A stretch of 64,000 nucleotides of DNA, taken from assembly GCA_004764695.1 (NCBI GenBank), contig SMSO01000005.1:1674001-1738000 (forward strand), written 5' to 3'. How positions within the stretch are numbered: position 1 is the first letter of the stretch; every line of letters begins with the position of its first letter. Of the stretch, positions 1 to 13,100 are shown in pieces. This DNA is from Schizochytrium sp. TIO01. Its lineage: Eukaryota > Protista > Bigyra: Labyrinthulomycetes. A program made the translations under genes and the position numbers. The notes beneath the pieces were generated by a model. It had not been told where the DNA came from. It ran no database searches and worked only from the letters and a program-made list of their open reading frames with translations.

Positions 1-829
1 CGCCTGGTCTATAGGATCACACGAACAAAATCCTCTCCGCAGAGCTCTGTAGTAGCAAACACATCATAAAGCAGATCTCCTCAGTAGTACTGTCTAGACG
101 CAACCTACTTATTGAAGCAATATATAGCTAAGTGTCTAGCCTGCCTAACCTCACCTAACATCACCCAACCTAGCTCTCCTGTCCGACGCCTCCTGTCTAT
201 TGGACTGACATACTACATTCACCCTGCCTGGATCCAGACCCGAAACCCCAAAAACTCAAATGTCGTTTTCTTCGTCTTTCTCCTGAGTTCGCCATCCTGG
301 TCAGTCTACCTCTGGACGCTTCACAGCACAAATTACTCTATGACATTTTTGTAAGTTCGCATGAAATCAGCATGAGACTCCTGTTTGGGAAATGGCACAG
401 GACCTCCCATTTGAGCTTCCTTTTATCACGGGACCTGCATTTGGGACTCAACTAACTCAAACCAAGCTAAACAGTAGAAAAATCATTTTAAAAGAGTATT
501 CGCATATTTTAAAGCATCGAAGTAACAATATTATTGCTTATGGTTATGCAGAAATTTACTTTCAATTAATGAGCTAAAAGTATACCTTACGAACAAAACA
601 CAATGATGCTTTTGATATGTTGCGGACAACAATGAAAGATTAAGTTAATGCAACACCGCCAGGGCCCTAGGAGATTGTAAGACTAAAACACTTTTCTGTG
701 GTCTCCTGATCACTAACTCAAAAGACAAAACTCTTTCGCCTCCACAGTTTACTATATTTGACGTTTATATCTTGGTTACATCTTCATTGGTCAACTTTCT
801 AGCTGATAAAATTGAATTTATACTTACAT

Positions 830-3050
830 CAAACTGCTACAAGAATTCTGCTTGGTGTGGATTTGTTGTACTTCTTAATTTCAAAATGTGTAAATTAAGC
901 AAATAGCAACCGTATCGCCACAGCAAGAAAGAAAGCGAAGCCAGATATTTGTAAGTGAGATCATCCATTAAGGGACAAACTTCAAAACCATTTTTCGGAG
1001 CCCCTCTGCACACAAACATTAGTTCTGAACGATTTCGATAGTTCCAATGCTAGGGAAAGACAACCAAAGGGTTCAGGAGTCCGAGTTGCTTAATAGTGCC
1101 TCTCTTTAAGATGATACACTGTTGACTGATCATGCTTAGGTTGATGGCTGAGAAGATAACGGAAGAAAATTTACCCAAGCACATGATGAATCCATTTGCG
1201 TTTGTATTCTTATCCATAGCAAAACAGACCACTGGATATAGCAACCGGAAGTCACACCGTCTGAAAGACCTCACAATATGAAAAAACTGACCTTCATCTC
1301 GACAATCAATCTTCAGTTAGCCAGAGCACAACCCTTATAAAATGAAAGAAATCTAGTTTGCTACCTCTATCTTTGAACAAGCATGATAAACTACGACCTG
1401 TAGATGGATCTAAAGAAAAACGTTGGGACTTGTTCAGCAAGCGTTGAAAAAAGATTAGGCCAAAGAAGCCTGCATGCTAGTATAAAGTATAGAATGACCA
1501 AGAAAGCATTGAGCCTTCTAACATGCCGGCTGTTGATTTCGGACACGAATGCCAGAGGAGAAACATCCATGGTTTACGAAAACCAATGAGTCTTCTGCGT
1601 ATAATACCAACTGTTAAAATTTCCATGCAGATCTTCTGCTATCACTCACTCTCCAGTGGCAGCTATCTATACTTCGTTGTAACCACTTAGTTGGAATACT
1701 TAGGCATTCTTCTTGAAGCTCATCTGAGTCTTACAGAAACGTCTAGAGCCTTGGCTGCATTCGATGGAAATGTATCTTCGATGCTGAATTTTAGGTTGTC
1801 CGCAGAGTATCTCATTCGCTTCCTGGCAAGGTTAGTGTAGAAGAGGAATGAAAGAAATTCTTACGTGGATGCATCTCATTGACTTTTTCTTGACGATGCC
1901 CAGGAGCTGTAGGAAAATTAAGTATTTTACTAGCCCTCGTAAATTTCGGAGAACGACAACCGAAAATCCAAATGGACTCAACACAGCGAAAGTTCTTAGC
2001 AATCATTTTGAATCCCTAGGATAATACCTGAAATGTCTAGAACATGTGTATGCATATCTCCAAAGTGATAACTATGCTAAAAGATGAGCTTAGCCAGCCA
2101 GATGTTGACAATCAAGATGAAGGCAAGGGGCGTGTCAAAGGCTCAGGAAGACCGGATAAACTTTTGCTGTAAGAGTTAGCGATCTACTGTCCTTGGAATT
2201 AGACTCCAAGACAGACTGATTTACGTAATAATTACGAGACTAAGACATGTTTGATCTATCCAAGATCTAATGAACGAAGTTAGATCAACTCATCTCTTGC
2301 ATCGATCGATTCAGATTCCACCATGTTTCATTATAGCGAATACTTATGTATACGTCTTCACAACCATGCAAGTCTAGTTGACTAACATAATTCAAAAGTA
2401 AGTCCTAACTTCTTAAGATCCTGCAATCGAATGTCTAGAGCCTTGACAATGCCTTGTCCACTTCCTTCTTTAGTTGAAGATCTTAGCAAATTCTAAAACT
2501 AAAGGGGACACGTATACAAACACGAGATTGCTTGAAGCTTGAAGGCACTATACAGCTAGCTAGTTAAGAACTCTTTTAAGTAAGCCTTACGCCTTGGCAT
2601 CAATCGAGAATCATGACAATATCCCGAATGCTTTGCATTTGAGGTTTGCTTTTGGTGCTTAAATGAAGGCCATCAGAGTGCACAAGAGATAGATCTTTTG
2701 TTGTTGCTGTTTTGATTAATTCTTCTACTGGCAGATATCAGTACCCGACGGACGTCAATTTTCCTAATCAAACTTGCGCTGAATGATCTTCCATTTTCTT
2801 GAAAGCCCAAATATGTGTTTGGTGAGGTGTCTGTTTCTTCAGAAAGCCATGAAGTCAACTTTGTATTTAAAAATATTTTACATGAGATTCCCTTGTTCTA
2901 TCTGTTGTGTTCATCACACAACAGCAGTTGGGTGTCCGAAATTGAGAAAGCCTCCTGGAATGAACCAGAGCACGGGCTTTCGCGATTTACACTTCAGCTA
3001 ACTCGCTTATAGATAGTCCTTGACATGATTATCTTCATGAGATTTGTGAA
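830..3050 (-). pseudogene. Possible decayed leucine-rich-repeat (LRR) gene remnant
   Basis: Minus-strand translation gives LxxLxL-type pieces broken by stops and frame changes: LRSLDLG*I (2279-2253) and KALDIRLQDLKKLGL (2444-2400), both in the frame of ORF 2673-2858, plus VLDISG (2043), KALDVS (1752) and NLHILKLR (ORF 837-1019). The 13-mer gtctagagccttg occurs at 1741 and 2433. Boundaries are approximate. Confidence 0.35.
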
Positions 3051-3157
3051 GACGTGAGGAGGGAAAGGTTAGAAATGGTTGTGTGGATCTATAAATTGAC
3101 GCAAATATATATTTGTGAACTTAGATACTTGGGATAAGAATAAATGCAAGAGATAAA

Positions 3158-4663
3158 TTAGATGCTGCCGGGGGGAAGATCGATGGGCATGGTGACGGTC
3201 TTGACCTCGGTAAAGTTGTGGAGAGCGTACTCACCGAGCTCACGGCCAATGCCGGACTGCTTGAAGCCACCGAAGGCAGAGGCAGCGTCGAACTTGTCGT
3301 AGCAGTTGACATAGACGGTACCAGCCTGAAGGTGCTTGGCCATGTACATGCACTCACCGATGTCACGGGAGATGATACCAGCGCCGAGGCCGTAGATGCT
3401 GTTGTTGGCGCGGTCAATAACCTCGTCGAGGCTCTTGAACTTGAGCACACTCATCACAGGTCCGAAGATTTCTTCCTGGGCAATGGTGTGGTGGTCCTCA
3501 ACATCGATGAAGATGGTGGGCTTGACGAAGTATCCCTTGTCACCGTGGCGGTCTCCACCGGTGGCAACCTTGCAGCCCTCGTCCTTACCAGTCTGGATGT
3601 ATCCCATGACACGCTGGAACTGGATCTCATCGACCTGGGGTCCGTGGGTGACACCCTCCTCGAACTGGCCTCCGGTCTTCATCTTCTCGGCAAATGCCAC
3701 AGCCTTCTCGACAAATGCGTCGTGCACATCCTCGTGCACGTAAATGCGGCTCGAGGCAATGCAGCACTGGCCCTGGTTCAAGAAGAGACCAGTGTGAGCG
3801 GCGGAAACAGCCTGGTCGAGGTTGGCGTTCTTGGTGATGATGAGAGGGCTCTTGCCACCAAGCTCAAGGGTGACTCTCTTGATGCTCTCAGCGGCCATCT
3901 TCTGAATGATCTTTCCGGTGGCGGTGGATCCGGTAAAGGCAACCTTGTTCACGTCCGGGTGGAGGGCGAGGGCCTTACCGGCAGTGGGGCCAAATCCAGA
4001 AACGAAGTTGACGACACCGTCGGGGAATCCGGCCTCCTTGATGAGCTTGCCGAGGTAAAGGCCAGTGAGGGGGGTCTTCTCGGAGGTCTTGATGACCAAG
4101 GTGCAGCCGCAGGCAAGCGCCGGGGCGAGCTTCCAGGTGGCCATGAGCGTGGCAAAGTTCCACGGGATAATGCAGCCGACGACACCGACGGGCTCGTGGT
4201 AGGTGAAGTTAAGGAAGGGGGTCTCGCCATCGCCGTCAATGGGAACCTGCTTGCCCATCATCTTGTCGGCCCAGCCAGCGTAGTAGCGGAAGCACTTGAT
4301 GGCGAGGGCGATATCAACAATGGCACCGTATCCTCCGGAGCCCATGCCGGTGGGCTTACCGTTGTCGAGGGACTCGAGCTTGACGAGGTAGTCGTGGTCA
4401 CGTTCCATGAGGTCGGCGAGCTTGAGAATGAGGTCACGGCGAGCGGAGGCGTTCATGGTGCGCCACGGGGCGTTGCGGTGGAATGCGGCCTTGGCGGCTT
4501 GCACGGCCTGGTCCACATGGTCTTCGTTGGCCTCGTGGACCTGGCAGATGACCTCCTCGGTGGCGGGGTTCACCGTGGGGAACTGCTTGTCAGACTCGAC
4601 GAACTGGTTGTTGATGAAGAGACGAGTCTCAAGGCTGCTGATGTCGATGGGGTGGGCAGACAT
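3158..4663 (-). CDS. NAD+-dependent aldehyde dehydrogenase, ALDH1/2 family (501 aa)
   Basis: Motifs IIPWNF, FTGSTATGK, TLELGGKSP (catalytic Glu), FLNQGQCCIASSR (catalytic Cys), EEIFGPV and FGGFKQSGIGRE. The start is placed at ATG 4663 (AAAATG; MSAHPID...) because the track start at 4843 is a TTG. Strong C-ending codon bias. Confidence 0.96.
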   Translation of the reverse strand: MSAHPIDISSLETRLFINNQFVESDKQFPTVNPATEEVICQVHEANEDHVDQAVQAAKAAFHRNAPWRTMNASARRDLILKLADLMERDHDYLVKLESLDNGKPTGMGSGGYGAIVDIALAIKCFRYYAGWADKMMGKQVPIDGDGETPFLNFTYHEPVGVVGCIIPWNFATLMATWKLAPALACGCTLVIKTSEKTPLTGLYLGKLIKEAGFPDGVVNFVSGFGPTAGKALALHPDVNKVAFTGSTATGKIIQKMAAESIKRVTLELGGKSPLIITKNANLDQAVSAAHTGLFLNQGQCCIASSRIYVHEDVHDAFVEKAVAFAEKMKTGGQFEEGVTHGPQVDEIQFQRVMGYIQTGKDEGCKVATGGDRHGDKGYFVKPTIFIDVEDHHTIAQEEIFGPVMSVLKFKSLDEVIDRANNSIYGLGAGIISRDIGECMYMAKHLQAGTVYVNCYDKFDAASAFGGFKQSGIGRELGEYALHNFTEVKTVTMPIDLPPGSI

Positions 4664-4857
4664 TTTGGATTCCGGTTTGGGGTTTGTATTACCAATTTTG
4701 CCTTCTTCAGCTGCTGATACTTGAAGTGTCTTTGCTTCCAAAGCCTGTTCCGGACCTTGGTCAACTCCTTGCTTACTCGCTACTGCCGATTGCGCCTGCG
4801 GCTCTTTGCTTGCTTTGCAGCCTATTTTGCTGACCTTGCACAAACTTCACGTCGCTT

Positions 4858-5163
4858 CGCTTTGCTTTGCTTTGCTTTGCTTTGCTTTGCTTTGGCTTCG
4901 CTGCTCCGAGTTTCGGATTTGCTGTTGCGGATCTGCGCCAACTTCGTCCACGCCGCTTCTTCTTCTTCTTCTTCTTCTTCTTCTTCTTCTTCTTCTGCTT
5001 CTGCTTCTGCTTCATTACTATCTTCTTCTACTTCTCCCTCTCGATCCATTACCCAAAACAGCCAAACAGCAAATCTTTCTCTCTCTTCCAATTCTTCATC
5101 CCTCCTCCTACAAAAGGATATTCTTTTCAATATTCTTTTTGTTTTTCTCAGTCGGCCCTTCTC

Positions 5164-5194
<31 letters not shown>

Positions 5195-5200
5195 CTCTCT
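4858..5200. repeat. Microsatellite cluster upstream of ALDH: (GCTTT)n, (CTT)n, (CT)n
   Basis: Visible runs at about 4858-4893, 4956-4995 and 5159-5200. Confidence 0.9.
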
Positions 5201-7428
5201 CATTCCATTTCTCTCTGTTAACTCTCACTCTCTCCAAAGGTCCCTCTCTCTAAACCCTTACTTTTAAAAAATTAAGTTAAATTAAAGTAAATATTTTATG
5301 AAGAGACTGCTACTGGGTGGGTAGTCGAAAGGCTAGCAGGTTAACGCACTCACTCATATCGATTCTCTGCGGAAACTTTGAGACTCAGGAAGGAATGAAT
5401 AATTGAGACCTGTTTCTCCGCCCTCTCTGCGACTAAAGCCGTCTTCCTGAAGCCCTCGAACGCCTCTTGAAAAGACGGCGAGGCGTGCAAATGAGCCATC
5501 GAAAGGAGAGCTGTGGCGCTATTCTCTCTTCAAGATCGCCCCAAAGAGACAGAAAGTATAGCGACTAACTGAGATCCTTTCCACTTTCCTCCCACTTTTT
5601 CAATCAACTGCATAAAAACGTTTTTAAATAAATAAATAAATAAAATGGGATAAAAGAAAGATTAAAATAAGATTAAAATAATTAAAAATGACTAAACGAA
5701 ATGAAGTAGTTCATTTTCAGGAGCAGATGGCCTTTCTATGACTCGCGAGCTGTAAGATCGCAGAGACTCGAGGCGCGATGGACTCAGCTCTGGTCATCTC
5801 TGGGTTAGCTAGTGAGCGGCCGTCCGGCTGACTGGATAGATCGCAGGAGAAATGGCTGCTGGACTGGACGGAGGCAGAAGTGAACCTTGGTGCACTCGGC
5901 GAAAGGGCCTGAAGAAAGAATCAAGAATCAGACTTGATCTTGAAGAACTTCACCTTAGATATATATACGTGTCTATGATTTTTTATTAAAACTCTTTTTT
6001 ACCAAGACTGCGCATTTTTAATTTTTTTTAATAATTTGAGAGATAAAAAGATATATATATTTAGAGGAGCGAGAATAGGAAAGATACAGAAGGAAGCGAC
6101 ACTAATCTTACTGAGCCTAACAAAAGCAGCCATGTTGACGAGGGAGCGGCATACCACAACCGATCCCGCAGCGCCAGTTTGCTCAAAGCAACAACCACGG
6201 CGGCGATTGGAGGCAGTGGTGGTGTGAGGAGGGCTGCGGGTGGAGCTTGTTTATAAAAGCTGTAAAAGGCCAGTAACGGCATGTCTCCAAGTGGCTTCCA
6301 CTGGCCAAATACGCCCTCTCAATCGAGACCTTGCCTGGGAGGCGTCGCGAAACTGTTTGCGAAAGTACGCTCCCGTGAGGGGGTAATCTCTATGTTTTCG
6401 AGGCAGAGGCGCAGGAGAGAGTTGTGGGAAGACTGTGGGGGGATTGTCCGGCTTCGCGGAAGGGCTTGCAAACGGTCCGTGCGCCGTCTGTATCTGTGTC
6501 TGTGGAGAAAGAAGCACTCTTGTTGTTGTTGTTGTTGTTCTGCTTCTTCTTTTGTTGAAGTCCAATTGAATCTATGGACTCGGGCTCCCAACTGAATATA
6601 CATACATTCATACGCCTTCGCTCATCGATTCACTCGCTCTGGCGTCTGGATTTGCCACGTTAAAGGGAGCGACGTGCCACTTCTTTGCAGTTGCGTCGGG
6701 GTTAATGATCTTCGGTCGCTTTCGATTTTTGCTTTTTTATTCTTTCGATGTTTTCTTATCTCTTTCAATTAAAAAGATACGCAGATCCAAATCTCCAAAA
6801 TCCCTTGGCGACTTTCGGACCGGGGCGCCGCTTGTCCTTTTACTCCAGTGTAGAGAGTCGCCGTGGCAGAGACACAATACCACTGACATTAAATACATTC
6901 TCTAAACACAAGCTGTGGGAAAAGATGTTTATAATGTTAATATGATATTTCTCAGATTCAGGGGGGGGAAACCAAAGTATTCCTTGGCCCATGCCCCTAA
7001 CATTGTGTCCCACAGCGTCTCCCTTATCCTCACAACTACACTTACGCTAACCTTCAGTCCTGCCCTCTCGGTCCTGTCTTATCTTTTTCTTTTTAGGTTG
7101 CAGTGATTATTTTCACTTATTTCTAATCAATTAAAATAATAATAATTAATAATTAAAAAGTGCATAAACATTTTTATCTCTTCCTCCAAAATAGAAACAA
7201 TAGAAATAAACGAGAAGGCTGCCGAAGTTGACGATTCGAAGATATACGCCCTCTCTCCCTCTCGCTCCGCCTGTCACGCTCCTCCTCCTCCTCGCGACAC
7301 CTTGCTGCGGCTCTCTCCCCGCGCCTTCTCTCCGCTGCGCCACGTCTCCGTTGCTGGCGTCTGCTGCTTTCGCAGGCGAGCCTGTTGTTCTGCTTTGGTG
7401 CCTCCACAGTTGTTGCTAATGAGAGCAG

Positions 7429-7474
7429 TCATAATTCATAATTCATAATTCATAATTCATAATTCATAATTCAT
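7429..7474. repeat. Heptamer tandem repeat (AATTCAT)x6
   Basis: Six perfect copies at 7433-7474. Confidence 0.95.
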
Positions 7475-8663
7475 TCCAAGGCGAGCTTTTATTCATGTCT
7501 TGCGCTGGAAACCCGCTGAGGCTGATGGTGCCGTCGCTGCGGGCCTTCAACGCTCCTGGCGCCGCGACGCCGAGCTCGGCCGGTTTGTTTGCGAGCAAGA
7601 GCATCCTTGTAAACCTTGCCGATGCTGCTGCTGATGCTGCTGATGCTCCTGTGTAATTTCAGGCATCCCGGGTGAGCCACCAGGATTACAGGGAAGCGAG
7701 AACCCGCTGGGAATTGCGGGATCTCTAGATTGATTGTGCTATTTGTACATACATTGCTTCGCTCGCTTGCACGCAGTCCATGCGACTGGGTTCGCATCTG
7801 CGTGTCGGTGGACGCAGCTTTGAAGGGCTCGTGCGAGCGAAATTCCAAGTTACTGATTGATGTTGAGCGAGGGCCTTTTCGAGAGCAGCGGAATCATGAA
7901 TTAAACCGTTAGCTTTGAGGAACTCGCACGAGAACAGAGGCCATAGGAGACAGGTAGGCAAGACTAGCGGATGGGGTCTCGGGAAGCTTTAATCCGCCCT
8001 CTTCCACGGAGCAAATAATGGCGGCGATCTATAGCGGAAACCTGTGTTGTGGACGGCGTCGTCATCGTTTCCGTTGACTGATTCTGCTTCGACGGCGGCC
8101 TCGCTGTACGAAGGTGCCCGAGCCGAAGCGGGAGTTTGTAGGATTAGAAACCAACCACATCAATGCCACATCTTGCCTGAAGAAGAACTTCAAGAATCTC
8201 AAGCCCTCGTTGAATTTCTGCGCGCAATTAACTGTACCTTCTGCTGTGAACTCCTGAGCCCGAGAATCAAGAACCGGACATGGCGCGTGAAAAGAGAGTC
8301 AACTCCCAATCCAAACACCCGCCAGCGTGGCATGAACTCAGCGCCTGAATACCTCGCTCCGTGGCTCATTCACCGCCGGCAAAGACCGCCTCGAATGACA
8401 TGCCTTTGAGGAGGCCTTGGTCTTGGTCCAAGGGCGCCTCCGCAATACGCCCCATTTGCCTCAGACCCGCAAGAGGTCCAAGATCTTCTCGCGGCGAGAT
8501 CCAATTTCTGAAACGTCGCAGACGGATTCGGCGATCCCGATTCCATCCATCCCCATCTCTCATTTGAACCTTTCGTCGCCATCGCCGCTCTTACGAGTTA
8601 TTCGCAGTTACGTGTTGACCGACAGTTCTCTTCGCTTCGCTTTCCTGACATTGTTCCTATCTT

Positions 8664-8812
8664 TCATGCATTCACTCATTCATCGATTCATTGATTCATT
8701 TATTGACTAATTCATTGATTCATTCATTGACTAATTCATTCACTCATTCATTGACTAATTCATGGACTAATTCATTCACTCATTCATTGACTAATCCATT
8801 CACTCATTCATT
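8664..8812. repeat. 12/24-bp higher-order repeat (TTGACTAATTCA alternating with TTCACTCATTCA)
   Basis: TTGACTAATTCA-like units at 8703, 8727, 8751, 8763 and 8787, interleaved with TTCA-derived 12-mers. Confidence 0.88.
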
Positions 8813-9256
8813 GCGCTCTTTGAGAACCCAATTCCTGCGATATATTAAAATATGTGTATTTGTGAATATTCGCGTTGGATTGAGATTATGTAGCACAGCG
8901 GGAGAAGTGGCACTGCTAGGCGAAGCGGTAGCTGGGCGCTAGCTCTGCGGAGAAAGAAGCAAGCGCAAAGAAAGAAAGAAAGAAGGAAAGAAGCTTGCTT
9001 CAGCCATCGGCGCTCTTCGCTCCATCGCTACGCGTGCCTTCTGCCCTCGTCGTCCTCCTCCTCCTCCTCCGCGACGTGTACACGAACGCCCGACGCTCTG
9101 TGCGTCTCCACTCCGCCGCGCTTTCAGAGCCTTCGCGACGGCTTGAGCCTGAAAACAACGAAGACATACATCAACCAATCCATCAATCATCAATCAATCG
9201 ATGATCAAAAAATCAAGAAATCTAGAAAGAAAGATATTTTTTAACTAAAAGAAATC

Positions 9257-9257
<1 letters not shown>

Positions 9258-9303
<46 letters not shown>

Positions 9304-9540
9304 GAAGGAAGGAAGGATGAGCCGCCGCCCTCTTCGCTCGACCGGTGGACCGACCTTTGGCTCTGTCGGCGCCCTCTTCTCGTTCCTCCAACTGCGCCTG
9401 GCTGCCTTCGACCTCAGCTCTCTCTGTCTATTCTGCCCTTCCTTCGATCTTTGCAGCACTCAGTTTTATCTTCGAGAGTTGCATAAGTTAGTTAGTTAGT
9501 AAGTTAGTAAGTTAGTAAGTTAGTAAGTTAGTAAGTAAGT
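9258..9540. repeat. (GAAA)n/(GGAA)n run and (AGTAAGTT)n run
   Basis: Two separate runs, at about 9258-9316 and 9495-9540. Confidence 0.88.
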
Positions 9541-10042
9541 AGGCGCGATCCTTTTGGCGTTGCCCCCCCCAAAAAAATAAATAAAAAATAAAATAAAATA
9601 AAAACATTTAAAAAACAAAAATTATAAGAAGACAATAAAAAATAATGATTGAAATAATGTGGAATGCCTCGGCAAAAGATCCGCAAGAAGAACGAACGAT
9701 TGACTCTGAAGAACCTCCTTTGGCGCCACTCTCCCCTTCAAAGGCAGGCGCCTTTGGGCAGGCCTCCCTTTAATGAGGTGCGGCGGTCGATTGGGTATCC
9801 AGAGGAAAGGTTGGTTTCAATTGTATTTTTAAATAGTTTTTTTTTTTTTTTGTTAACTAGATAAAAACCATTTCTAGAGAAAGCCAAATAAAAAATAAAG
9901 AAGCCTGGGTAAGAGTGCACTTGTCATGGAAGTAAGAAAGAAAGATCTTGTCGAAAGAGCGATACATACGCGGCAGTAGCGCACTCCTAGTGTGGCCTTA
10001 GAAGGCAACACTCCTTGCCCATTTCCATTTCGCTTTTCTCGA

Positions 10043-10103
10043 TCGACTTCGACTTCGACTTCGACTTCGACTTCGACTTCGACTTCGACTTCGACTTCGA
10101 CTT
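10043..10103. repeat. Hexamer repeat (GACTTC), about 10 copies
   Basis: Perfect tandem copies. They generate the spurious STST and VEVE ORFs. Confidence 0.95.
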
Positions 10104-13100
10104 TGGAACGCAGAGCGAAGAAGCCAATCGGTTTCAGCCTTGAGGAGGCAACTTCTTCAAGTTCGTTCCACGCGACAACAACAGCAGCAACAATAACAAC
10201 AACAAAAGAAGGAGAAGAACTTGAAGATCTTGAAGAAGGGGACCTTTTCAGACGCTCGCGGCGGCCGCGAATAAACGATTGCGGTCTCGCGCGATGTTTG
10301 CTTATTCCCTCTCCAGAAATGAACTGTGAGGGGCCAGCCAGCCAGCCAGCCTGCAACAAAGAACCTCTTTCGATTGATTTCAAAAGGAGCTCGCTCATGA
10401 TCTCTTTGAGTCTCCTGCGCTTTCAAACTCGATTTGTTCCTGATTCGATTGACTTGATCGGATTTGATTTTTTTATTTTCGAGTTGGAAACTGAGAAGTG
10501 TGAACGGAATTAACCTTCTTCCTTCTTCTTTCAACTCCTCTTTCTACAGACAGTTTTGATAGTTTTTGGTGTTTGAAATAGAATTTTATGTTATATGCTT
10601 TTCTAATCTTGAATAAAAAGAAAGAGAGACAGACAGAGAGAAAGAAAGAAAGCTCCATCCCATATACGTACGTACAGATTCTTTGTTTCGATCGCGCCAA
10701 AGAGAGCTTGGGCTGCGCAGGTTTGACGCCCCAGATACCCTTGGAGAGCCGCGTGTCTTCACCTGCCCAATGCCTCTCTGCCACAAAGAACGCGGCTTTC
10801 ACCGCCTGAGAAACTGAGAAATGGGCTTCGTTTGCGAGAAGAAGCAGAAGGAGAGCGAAAGCACGGGCTTTGGAAGAAGACTTTTGGACTCGCGGTGGCG
10901 GGGTGGACGCTAAGCGCCTGCTACCCGTAACGATAGGACCTCTGGCAGGGGTGTTCTCGGCGAGGCTATGTGACGCTAAGCGAGGGCTAAGAAGATGGAA
11001 AAGAACAGGAACAGAAACCGTATCCTAGCTAAGCAAATAGTTTGATATATTTGTTATTACTATGTGTAGAAAATCGTGAATTTATAAAGGCTGGAAAGGA
11101 GGAAAGTCACACGCGATTTTGAGCGGGAACTTTAAGGTCACATGTGGTCAATGCGGAGGAGGTCATTGAGAAATGTGCGATTACAAATCGATCGTGATCT
11201 AGAGACCGACCTTGTGCAGTTCCTCTGCACGTCAACGGAGGCGGTGGCGCTCGCTCGCGTGCAATGCAATGCAATGCAATGCAATGCAATGCAACAGAAG
11301 GCCAGCCATCCCCCCATACGTAAGTGCGTGCGTGCACGGACAGCTTGACGTGATCCATGACATCATGCCTACGCGTGGCCCGTGCCGGAGTGGCGGCAGG
11401 TCGAGCTCGCCGGCTCGTTGAATCTGCTGCACAAAGCCGTTGGCGCACCCGATGGAACTGTGCAATAACGTGTTGTCGAGACGAGATTTCATTGACTTTG
11501 GAGAATTGGAGAATGCTCTGCTCGAGCGATGGTTGCCCTGTAAACAGCTTTCGCGACGTCGAAAGCAACGGCGCTTCAAGCGCCTGTGTGGCTGGCGATG
11601 ACACCATCCAGAGCTGGCCACGCAACAAAAGACTACGCACGCACGCACTGAGAGGGCTGTCTACATCTGCTGCTGGCTGGCTTGCCAAAAGATTGGTCTC
11701 GGCTTATTCTGCTCGCGTGAAACTCAATGCGGAGACACGAAAGTGACAGAAGAGTTGGCCTTTTCACTTGGGATTTCTAGCTAGAGAGTGAAAGCCAATT
11801 TCGATTCTTGAACCTGGCCGAATGCCAGCTTGTCAGACCCGCGGTGAATTTACAAACAAGAGCCAAATGGCTGCAAATCCTTGGGCGAACTAGCTGTCTG
11901 TAAATCACTTGCAGGCGTTTGCAATGCATGCAGCGCTCACTTCGGGGTTCAAGAAACAATCGATATGGGGAGCGAAGAAGACATTCTCAGGAACGGCGAA
12001 TCGAAGTCGCTCCTGTTCGGCGTGTCCGCTAAGTTTTCCCGTCTCCATTGCAGTTATCTGCGCTGCGGTTGGTTTTGTTTAGAGGCAAACGAGCAGCCCC
12101 TTGCACATCCGGTTTTCCCGTTCGAGGCTTGCGCACACTGCGAAGAAGAAGTCACTTCGATCGCCACACCGGAATCACCGACAGATCCTGGAAACCTGCA
12201 AGTCTGCAAACGCCGCAGATGGCGAAGAACTGCGAAAGGAAGGTCGGTACCTCCCTCCTTCACTTCGCTCCATCGTCGATTTCTCCGCCATGTCGTAAGG
12301 ATGTTGCAAGAAAACGCTGACGGCAGCGCGAAGAATGGAAATGAAAGTGGTCGCTTGCTGGAAACTAAAGCAGAGAAGCAAGCAGTGCCTGCTCTCCCTC
12401 CGTCTCCTTGGAGCAAGCAAGCAAGCAAGCAAGCAAGCAGGATGGATCTCTGTGGAACCTCCCAACTTGAAAGCTGCGCATTCCTGCAATACCAAGAACA
12501 GAAACAGCAACTATTTCATAAGTTTGTCTTCATCCTTCCTTCTTCGCCAATCTAATGAGGAGGTACGCTCTATTCCGAGTCGAATAAATGATGTTTCTTT
12601 TTTCATTTCCATTTTCCCGTTTCTTCCTCCTCCAAGTGTTCAAGTAACTGAAAGAAGCTACTATGAAGACATATCGATGATAAGTTTACTTTATTTTTTT
12701 TAAATCTCCGTACTAAGATGGCGGTATTTGTGCCGGGTGCACTAAAAGCTTAGGGGACAGTAGGCCACGGTATATAACGCATAGTGGCCTGGTCTCTCGT
12801 AGTCAGTTTGATTGATTGATGGATGGATGGATTGATATATTGATTGATAATTGATTTTCCGTAGCGCAGGAACGCACAGGATCGGCGACGAAGAGACAAA
12901 GTTTTGGTGTGAAGGGAAAGAAAGGCACGTGTCCACGAAGGCTGCGGGTCCTGCAAAAAAGGGGGCGGAGGGAAAGAGGAATTGCGCACTTTCTGCAGTA
13001 TCCAGTTATCATATCTATTTTAAAAATTAAAAAAATAAAAAATATTCTTTAAAAAGTATTTTACTTTTATATTTACAATTAAAAAAAAAAAAAAAATTTA

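Noticed and set aside
3218-4717. 499-aa plus-strand ORF antisense to ALDH
   Set aside because: It is a codon-register shadow of a strongly biased gene, has no recognisable motifs and is almost coextensive with ALDH.
4664-4843. 60-aa N-terminal extension of ALDH shown in the ORF track
   Set aside because: It starts at TTG. ALDH similarity begins at the AAAATG at 4663, and the region holds a possible UTR donor (GTAAGC at 4776).
4721-5267. Overlapping poly-S/L/F/K/E ORFs
   Set aside because: Artefacts of stop-free (CTT)n, (GCTTT)n and (CT)n microsatellites.
7670-7692. Alu-like words gtgagccacc and gattacagg
   Set aside because: They are short, in the wrong order and without flanking Alu similarity, so coincidental.
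9874-10513. 173/174-aa ORFs with STST or VEVE runs
   Set aside because: They are held open by the (GACTTC)n repeat and show no domain signal.
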